Assembly (NCBI GenBank): GCA_036846345.1
Contig: DAIUCD010000001.1
Span: 258,723 to 322,722, forward strand
Direction: 5' to 3'
Length of the DNA: 64,000 nucleotides
Origin: Spirochaetota bacterium
GTDB taxonomy: Bacteria > Spirochaetota > UBA4802 > JAGODF01
The notes beneath the pieces are model-generated. The model saw nothing but the letters and a program-made list of their open reading frames with translations, was not told the origin of the DNA and made no database searches. The first letter of the stretch is position 1; every line of letters begins with the position of its first letter. A program made the translations under genes and the position numbers. Positions 57,945-64,000 of the stretch are shown in pieces.

Positions 57945-58871
57945 TCAGACGTAGACCAGTTCTATCTGAGGTCCCATCTCCACGAGAAGTTTTGAGCTGC
58001 AGTCAAACAGGTCCCCGTCCATGGTGTACTGGAAGGGTTCACGGCTTTCTATGCTGAGGGTGGAAACAAGGCCGTTAAAATTGAAGGCCCCTTTCATCGG
58101 GATGCCCTTCTTGATACGGAAGAACTGCTTGACGCCCTCAATCGGTTTCTCGCCAGAGATGATGATGTGAAAGGTTCCCTCCCGTTCGTTGCCTCTGGGC
58201 AGGGGTGTAAAACCCATGCCGACCTTCTCCACCGTTCCGGAGAGAATGGCCAGGATCTCTTCGAAGGGGAGGGGTTTCCCATCGATCAGTACCTTGGCGT
58301 TCAGCCTTTTAAACAGGGCTGAATCTCTCTTGTCCCTCAGACCTTCACTGAGGGCTCTGAATATCACTTTGAGATTTTTGATGGTTCCCTTCTCCCCCTC
58401 GTAAACAGCATTGAGAAAATTCGTCGTGAGTCCCGCACCAAAGAGGAAGCAGTACCGTTCTCCGATTTTCATCGTGTCGCGTTTGAAGGTCTGGACGGGT
58501 TTTCCCTGTTCGAGTGCAGCTACCAGCCGTTTCAGAATGGCGGGACCCTTGCTCTTCAGATCGATGGTTCTGGCTATATTGTCCATGGTTCCCCCTTTCA
58601 GGATCAGAAGGGGGGGGGCCGGGTTCGGCTTGTAGATGTTGATCATCCGGGAGACCACATGGTGAATGGTGCCGTCGCCGCCGGAAGTGCCAATATAGCG
58701 CATGTTGTTTTTCTTGAAATCGCTAAGAATTTCATCAACCTGTTCCAGAGAGTCGCTGAGACGCACGTCGGCGTATTCTCCCCCCAGGCTGCGGAAAAGG
58801 GCCGGCATGTCTCTCCTGCTTTTACGGATGCTCTTGGCAAAAGGATTAATGATGATTCCTATCTGCTTCAT
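57945..58871 (-). CDS. diacylglycerol-kinase-family lipid kinase (YegS/BmrU-like)
   Basis: DAGK_cat motifs IGIIINP and GGDGTIHHVV. Start placed at the internal ATG just before IGIIINP; the long ORF extends to 58952. Confidence 0.75.
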   Translation of the reverse strand: MKQIGIIINPFAKSIRKSRRDMPALFRSLGGEYADVRLSDSLEQVDEILSDFKKNNMRYIGTSGGDGTIHHVVSRMINIYKPNPAPPLLILKGGTMDNIARTIDLKSKGPAILKRLVAALEQGKPVQTFKRDTMKIGERYCFLFGAGLTTNFLNAVYEGEKGTIKNLKVIFRALSEGLRDKRDSALFKRLNAKVLIDGKPLPFEEILAILSGTVEKVGMGFTPLPRGNEREGTFHIIISGEKPIEGVKQFFRIKKGIPMKGAFNFNGLVSTLSIESREPFQYTMDGDLFDCSSKLLVEMGPQIELVYV

Positions 58872-59257
58872 CGGGGTGCCTCGGATTATTTGAAGTATTG
58901 GTTCTGAGACCATCACCCTGTCCCTGGACAGACATGGCAGGTTCTGGCACAAACACTCTTTTTCGTATAGAGCAGCAGTGAAATGTCAATGACAATTTCG
59001 GGGGGTGAGAGGTTGATACCTCGGCGATGTCAGGGACTTTCTCTGTTTTTTGCTTTATTTCTTGACTTCGGAGGGGTAGAAAATAATGGAATCATTGTGA
59101 TCTGTTATTACATTGTAAAATTAAAAAGAAAGCAGGGGCATACAATTAATTGTAGGGGATGATAGCCTCACCTTCACTGGGGCGATTGTGGAAATAAAAG
59201 TGACCGATGAATGCCGGGAATATTCTCAGGGTTGAATATTTAACGAGAGGCGTACTT

Positions 59258-59707
59258 ATGAAAAGGTTTATGCTGTTTGCTGTTTTACTTATGGCCGTAT
59301 CAACCGGGTCTTATGCGGAGAATCTTAAATTCCGGGATGTACAGGGGAAATGGAGTCTCATGTTCCGCGGTAATTATGGTTATGAATTCCGTTTCTCAAA
59401 GAGTTACCGGGCGATCTGCATTCTCTATCTGCGCAGCAGCTCTCTGATTTTTAAGGGAGTCTATACGATTGAAGAGGGCAACAAACTGCGGATTAATATC
59501 AGCGAGATGAAGAACGAGGAGTCGGTGAACGGCCTCAATCTCTCGAAAAAATTTGTCAAGACCACATCTTCCTACTTCGTATTTCAGGCGGAAGTTCGGA
59601 AGGAGAAGAAAGGAAAAATGCTCGTGCTCCGACCCCAGAAGATATTTATTGACGGCAATAATTCAGAGGGGTATTTTGAGCCTGAGATCAAGCTGGAGTC
59701 CCGTTAA
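59258..59707 (+). CDS. hypothetical secreted protein
   Basis: GAGAGG RBS. Signal peptide MKRFMLFAVLLMAVSTGSYA. Confidence 0.5.
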   Translation: MKRFMLFAVLLMAVSTGSYAENLKFRDVQGKWSLMFRGNYGYEFRFSKSYRAICILYLRSSSLIFKGVYTIEEGNKLRINISEMKNEESVNGLNLSKKFVKTTSSYFVFQAEVRKEKKGKMLVLRPQKIFIDGNNSEGYFEPEIKLESR

Positions 59708-59715
59708 TCCTGCCA

Positions 59716-60480
59716 ATGATTACCGAAAAAGCTGAATTTCTAAACAATCTGGGACAGAGGATATCCGGGAGGATATACCGGGAGGACCCGGTCTCCCGGA
59801 AGGGAATTATCTTCTGTCACGGGCTCTTCTCAACCAAAGACGGTTATAAGATTACAGCCCTGGCTGAGAACATCGTGAAGGCGGGTTATTCACTGATGAC
59901 CTTTGACTTTTCCTTCGTGGGAGAATCCGATGGTAAGCTGGAGGATCTTTCGGTCATTCAGGAAGTAAAGGATCTGGCGGCAGCCGCGGACTTCTTCCGG
60001 GATTATGGCATGGAGGAACTGCATATCATGGGCTCCAGCATGGGTGGGGTTGTTGCTCTGCTTTATCTGGAAAAACATCCGGATGCTTTTTGCTCCGCTT
60101 TTCTCATTGCCACCCCGGTTAATCTGACCGGTTTGATCGCCGGATATATAGACCCCTCGTCCGTTGATTCTCTTCCGGCAGATGGGTTCACGGTCCTGGA
60201 AGGGATACGGCTGAACAACGGATTTTTCCGTGAAATCGTTCAGATCGATGTGATGAGGGCCGCGGCCTCTATTCGTTTGCCCGTATTCATACTACATGGG
60301 GAGGAGGATCAGGTAGTATCCTGCGGGGATGCCCGGCTGCTCCATGACGGTCTCAATGGGGAGAAACAACTTTTAACAATAAAAGGAGGAGATCACAATC
60401 TGACATCCCCAGAACACCTCGACATGATATGGCAGACTCTAGACGTATGGTTGCAAAAACAGATGGGGCAGAAGCGATAA
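59716..60480 (+). CDS. alpha/beta-fold hydrolase
   Basis: Nucleophile elbow GSSMGG and C-terminal His (GGDHN), 254 aa. Confidence 0.8.
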   Translation: MITEKAEFLNNLGQRISGRIYREDPVSRKGIIFCHGLFSTKDGYKITALAENIVKAGYSLMTFDFSFVGESDGKLEDLSVIQEVKDLAAAADFFRDYGMEELHIMGSSMGGVVALLYLEKHPDAFCSAFLIATPVNLTGLIAGYIDPSSVDSLPADGFTVLEGIRLNNGFFREIVQIDVMRAAASIRLPVFILHGEEDQVVSCGDARLLHDGLNGEKQLLTIKGGDHNLTSPEHLDMIWQTLDVWLQKQMGQKR

Positions 60481-60728
60481 AGGAAAAAGAAGCGCTTGCC
60501 CCCCGCGAAGGAAATAATTACCCGGGCTGACAATTCTTAATTGACATAACCATCATCTTTAAAATTACTGTATAAGGAATATTATCCAATAGTGACTCTG
60601 ATATGAGAGGGTTTTGCCTGTTATTCAGGGATTTTGGACCTAGAGAATTTTGTCCCTTATGGCTCCGGATCCCTTGTTTGTTGATGTGCCATATGTTATT
60701 CTATTAGGCGGGCAATTATAAAGGAATT

Positions 60729-61811
60729 ATGAAAATTATACCTGTAATCCTGGCCGGCGGGGCCGGAACCAGATTATGGCCCCTGAGCCGTGAAGACAAA
60801 CCAAAACAGTTTCATAATCTTTCCGGAGAAGGTACTCTTCTGGAAGAAACCATTAAAAGACTGATCCCCCTTAATCCGGAAACCTATATCATAGTAACCT
60901 CCGGAAAATATGAAAAGGATTCCCTGGAGGAACTTGGAAAATGCGGTGTAAAAGGCAAGGTTCTTGCGGAGCCTTTTCCACGCAATACCGCAGCAGCGGT
61001 ACTCTATGCCGCCACCTATCTCGTCAATTCGGGTGAGGATTCCATAATGATAATGCTCCCAGCAGATCATTATATCAAACGCAAAGACGAATTCCAGCGT
61101 ATCATCTCCCTGGCCATTGAGGAAGCCCAGCAGGACAAGCTCGTATCAATCGGGATCAAGCCCACCTATCCGGAAACAGGATACGGGTACATCAAGGCTT
61201 TCGAGGGGAACGGGGAAGTACTGCAGGTGGAGATGTTTGTGGAAAAACCCAACATCGAAACAGCCCGTCGATATATCATGGAGGGCAATTATTTCTGGAA
61301 CAGCGGCATCTTTGTATGGAAAACCTCAGTGATCATGGAAGCCTTTAAGAAGCTCATGTTTCAGCATTACAAAGCCTTCGATACGCTGCGTGGGATGAGT
61401 ACAAAAGATCTTGAAGCCAACAGTCCCCAGGTGATGTCCGTGAAGGAAAAGGCCTTCCAGAATCTGGAATCCACTTCCATAGATTACGGAATCATGGAAA
61501 AGGCGGAGGATCGCGTTGTAATCCCCGGAGATTTCGGCTGGGCAGATCTGGGGAGCTGGAACTCCATCGATGATATCCTCCATCCCGACGGTAATATGAA
61601 CCGTACTCCGGAGCACGATCATGTCATCTTTCTCAACAGCAGAAACTGCTCTGTTTTCCCTGAGACCAAGCGCATCAGCATCATCGGGCTCTCCAACGTG
61701 GTGGTCGTGGAATCAGGAGATGATATCCTGGTGATGGACAAGAATGCGTCCCAGGAGGTACGCAAGGTAGTGGAAATGGTTAAAGGGAAGAAAACCCCGA
61801 CAAGGGAATGA
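60729..61811 (+). CDS. mannose-1-phosphate guanylyltransferase
   Basis: N-terminal nucleotidyltransferase motif IIPVILAGGAGTRLWPLSRE, 360 aa. Confidence 0.85.
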   Translation: MKIIPVILAGGAGTRLWPLSREDKPKQFHNLSGEGTLLEETIKRLIPLNPETYIIVTSGKYEKDSLEELGKCGVKGKVLAEPFPRNTAAAVLYAATYLVNSGEDSIMIMLPADHYIKRKDEFQRIISLAIEEAQQDKLVSIGIKPTYPETGYGYIKAFEGNGEVLQVEMFVEKPNIETARRYIMEGNYFWNSGIFVWKTSVIMEAFKKLMFQHYKAFDTLRGMSTKDLEANSPQVMSVKEKAFQNLESTSIDYGIMEKAEDRVVIPGDFGWADLGSWNSIDDILHPDGNMNRTPEHDHVIFLNSRNCSVFPETKRISIIGLSNVVVVESGDDILVMDKNASQEVRKVVEMVKGKKTPTRE

Positions 61812-61844
61812 GTCCTCTTTCAAGCCGTATCACCCGCTTTCAGT

Positions 61845-62531
61845 TCATGGAACGAAAAATCCTCGGATAAGTTGTATAATGCTTCTTTCCTCCTCCCGAT
61901 GATTTTCCTCTCTCAGAGAAACTCCCTTTTTATGAAGGTTGTATTCCGATGATGAATATTGGAAAAGGGGGATTTCCGAACGGGTAAGATATTCACCGTG
62001 ACGTAATAGAGCCACTTGTAGCGCTTTCTGAATCGACTGCCGCTGGGAATGGGGAGCGTCTAGAAGATCCACTCCCGTCATTCCCCTCAGGATGTTTATC
62101 ATCCATCGAAAGCTCTCCGGGTCAATTATGGCAAGGGTATAGGTATACCAGTCATCAATGTAGTTGATCAGGATGCATTTTTCATGATGACTCAACAGTT
62201 GATGAGCCGGGCAGAGAAAACCATCGCAAATGCGTGCCCCGAACAATGATAACCCCCTTTTTTCCACTCCCAGTACCCTGGGGTGCAGAAGACAACCTGG
62301 TTTCCCCGGAGCGATAAAACCCTGATAAGGACAGATGTGCGATGTTATGTCTCTGACCTGATTGGTGCTTGATAACAGAATTTCAAAATCCTCGGAAACA
62401 TTACTTTGGCGTTTCTGTCCCTCCTGTAGAAAGGAGTGGAGATGTTTTCGGGAGATGTCCCGGAAATTGAAAAGACCGCAGCAGGCGCTGCAACCCTTAC
62501 GATCATCCGGCTGGCAGAGTAGTAGATCCAT
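61845..62531 (-). CDS. YkgJ-like Cys-cluster (zinc/iron-chelating domain) protein
   Basis: CSACCG Cys cluster near the N-terminus plus additional conserved Cys residues, 228 aa. Confidence 0.5.
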   Translation of the reverse strand: MDLLLCQPDDRKGCSACCGLFNFRDISRKHLHSFLQEGQKRQSNVSEDFEILLSSTNQVRDITSHICPYQGFIAPGKPGCLLHPRVLGVEKRGLSLFGARICDGFLCPAHQLLSHHEKCILINYIDDWYTYTLAIIDPESFRWMINILRGMTGVDLLDAPHSQRQSIQKALQVALLRHGEYLTRSEIPLFQYSSSEYNLHKKGVSLREENHREEERSIIQLIRGFFVP

Positions 62532-62632
62532 TGTATAAAATCATGTCCTAAAAGGGAATTGGTATCAACGGAACATGAACACCCTTTGGAGGAGTATAGG
62601 GAAGGGAGGGGATTTTCATCAACTAATAAATG

Positions 62633-62653
62633 GGGATTCCGGGGGGGAATCCC
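62633..62653 (+). promoter_or_regulatory. GC-rich perfect hairpin in the cysK upstream region
   Basis: GGGATTCC-GGGGG-GGAATCCC: 8-bp perfect stem with a 5-nt G loop, ~120 nt upstream of the cysK ATG. A TTGACA hexamer sits at 62674-62679. Confidence 0.3.
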
Positions 62654-62770
62654 TGCAGGAAGCCGGAAAGGTATTGACATTAATGCCTTGCTGATCCATA
62701 GAGGTGGTGATATTGTTCTTTCTGCCCGTGGTAAACAGATAGAACTGAAAGGAGGCCATCGGTCTGATTT

Positions 62771-63703
62771 ATGCTTAAGAATATGATAGATAGCCTGGGC
62801 CTGTTGCAGGCCATTGGAAAAACGCCTCTCATTGAGCTGCGCCATGTTGCAGCGGAGGGGGATGCCCGGGTCATGGTCAAGCTCGAGGGAGCCAATCCTG
62901 GCGGGTCCATAAAAGACCGAACCGCTTATTACATGATAAAAAACGCCATTGATTCCGGTGAGCTCACGCCGGATAAAACGATCCTGGAACCCACCAGCGG
63001 TAATACGGGTATTGGTCTTGCCATGGTGGGCGCTGCCCTGGGCATAAAGGTAAAGCTCTGTATGCCCGACTGCGTCAGTGTGGAGCGAAGGAGGATACTG
63101 GAAGCCTTCGGAGCAGAATGTATTATTACGGCCGGATGCCAGCGAACGGACGGGGCCATCATGAGGGCCAGAGAGCTGATGGAGGAAAACCCGGGTCTCT
63201 ATTATATGCCGGATCAATTCTCCAATCCCGCGAACATCCAGGCGCACTATGAGACAACGGGGGCCGAAATACTGAAACAGACAGGAGGCGAAATCGCCGC
63301 CTTTGTCTCCGGCCTGGGTACGACCGGGACGATCATGGGCGTTACCAGCAGACTCAAGGAACATAGTCCCCGCATACTCTGTCTGGGGATCGAACCCACA
63401 CTGGGTCACAGCATACAGGGGCTGAAAAACATGCATGAGGCCATAGTTCCTTCCATATATAATCCCGCGCTCCTTGATGGAGTCCTTACCGTTCAGGATG
63501 AGGAGGCCTTCGAAATGGCAAGGGCACTCGCTTTCCGAGAAGGTCTGTTCTGCGGTATGTCCAGCGGGGCAGCGGTAGTAGGCGCTTTGCGGGTAGCCCG
63601 GGAAATTGGGGCGGGGACGGTAGTGACGATCCTTCCCGATCGTGGGGACCGGTATCTCTCCACCACCCTTTTCCGGTCCGTGTGCGCCAATTGTCCTCCC
63701 TGA
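62771..63703 (+). CDS. cysK: cysteine synthase A (O-acetylserine sulfhydrylase)
   Basis: PLP-lysine motif GGSIKDR, TSGNTGIGLA and a GTTGT glycine-rich loop. 310 aa with an AAAGGAGG RBS. Confidence 0.9.
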   Translation: MLKNMIDSLGLLQAIGKTPLIELRHVAAEGDARVMVKLEGANPGGSIKDRTAYYMIKNAIDSGELTPDKTILEPTSGNTGIGLAMVGAALGIKVKLCMPDCVSVERRRILEAFGAECIITAGCQRTDGAIMRARELMEENPGLYYMPDQFSNPANIQAHYETTGAEILKQTGGEIAAFVSGLGTTGTIMGVTSRLKEHSPRILCLGIEPTLGHSIQGLKNMHEAIVPSIYNPALLDGVLTVQDEEAFEMARALAFREGLFCGMSSGAAVVGALRVAREIGAGTVVTILPDRGDRYLSTTLFRSVCANCPP

Positions 63704-63935
63704 TTCTCCTGGATTATTTTTCGGATATCTCGATTTCCAGCCTGATTTACCCTCCCTGTGGGATTAATGGATTGACGCAGGAATTCTGGAAAAAATATAT
63801 TGACAAAACCATTTTTTGGACTGTGTTTCAAGGGGAAACAGACACCGCGCCGGTGGTCAGCGGCACAAGTCTTCTTTTGTCGTTCCTTCACGAATGGCTG
63901 TGACCCTGAAAGAGTTTTATGTGAAAGAGGATCCC

Positions 63936-64000
63936 ATGGATTATTCAAAAACCGTAAATTTGCCAACAACCGATTTCCCTATGCGGGCCAACCTCGCGAA
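63936..64000 (+). CDS. ileS: isoleucine--tRNA ligase, N-terminal fragment (3' end truncated by window edge)
   Basis: MDYSKTVNLPTTDFPMRANLA matches the conserved IleS N-terminus. AAAGAGG RBS at 63924-63930. Confidence 0.65.
   Translation, partial: MDYSKTVNLPTTDFPMRANLA

Noticed and set aside
58985-59010. Possible sigma54 promoter (TGGCAC...)
   Set aside because: TGGCAC is present, but the -12 element TTGC(A/T) at the required 5-nt spacing is absent.
62345-63436. 363-aa minus-strand ORF largely antisense to cysK
   Set aside because: cysK on the plus strand has unmistakable PLP-enzyme motifs and a strong RBS. The antisense frame has no recognisable motif and is typical of shadow ORFs opposite a GC-biased coding region.
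63493-63969. 158-aa minus-strand ORF overlapping the cysK 3' end and the ileS start
   Set aside because: It overlaps two well-supported plus-strand genes. It is Arg/Pro/Ser-rich low-complexity translation and has no RBS.
1-64000. CRISPR arrays, IS elements, integrases, prophage genes, rRNA/tRNA
   Set aside because: Scanning the sequence and translations by eye: no regularly spaced direct repeats in the intergenic regions, no transposase or integrase-like translation, and no rRNA or tRNA signatures.

Overview
A 64-kb chromosomal window at roughly 47-50% GC with about 65 protein-coding genes and no rRNA, tRNA, CRISPR array, transposase or integrase. Content points to an anaerobic or microaerophilic, motile, envelope-rich bacterium. 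Several traits recall spirochaete/Leptospirales-like genomes (LipL45-like FecR-domain lipoproteins, HEAT/TPR-repeat secreted proteins, a LEA-like lipoprotein), but I cannot name the organism from sequence alone.

Gene order by coordinate:
- 1-9 kb: gyrA 3' end; an HMGL-like (DRE-TIM) synthase fused to a C-terminal Cache-like domain; a GDSL hydrolase; pyrC-pyrB; a large multi-PAS protein with a degenerate GGDEF and an intact EAL domain.
- 9-12 kb: an MBL-fold hydrolase, MoxR-like ATPase and VWA (CoxE-like) protein in one tightly overlapping operon.
- 12-26 kb: a run of secreted or lipoprotein genes, including two FecR-domain/HEAT-repeat gene pairs, a TetR regulator, TPR, SurE, LarE, Slt and other secreted hypotheticals.
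- 26-40 kb: LEA_2-like protein, CCG-domain Fe-S oxidoreductase, GNAT, HNH endonuclease, aconitase, hemerythrin, SanA, HI0933-like flavoprotein, MFS, MCP, PanE, and a J-domain protein.
- 40-42 kb: a flagellin-like helical protein followed by a CesT/YbjN-like chaperone.
- 42-45 kb: the nrdD-nrdG anaerobic ribonucleotide reductase locus.
- 45-49 kb: a DUF4350 / DUF4129 / polytopic membrane / DUF2752 cluster.
- 49-58 kb: hbd, a 2-hydroxyacid dehydrogenase, mnmA, an M23 peptidase, a CDP-alcohol phosphatidyltransferase, DUF167, an ACT-domain protein, a LolA-like protein and a DAGK-family lipid kinase.
- 58-64 kb: a secreted hypothetical, an alpha/beta hydrolase, ManC, a Cys-cluster protein, cysK and the start of ileS.

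The most interesting finding is at the nrdD locus. The NrdD catalytic ORF stops at an in-frame TAG immediately before a separate 56-codon ORF that encodes the canonical glycyl-radical loop.

Other candidates worth a second look:
- a cytoplasmic DRE-TIM synthase fused to a Cache domain;
- an MBL-MoxR-VWA operon;
- a flagellin-like protein paired with a T3SS-chaperone-like protein;
- a MoxR-less DUF4350/DUF4129 membrane cluster.
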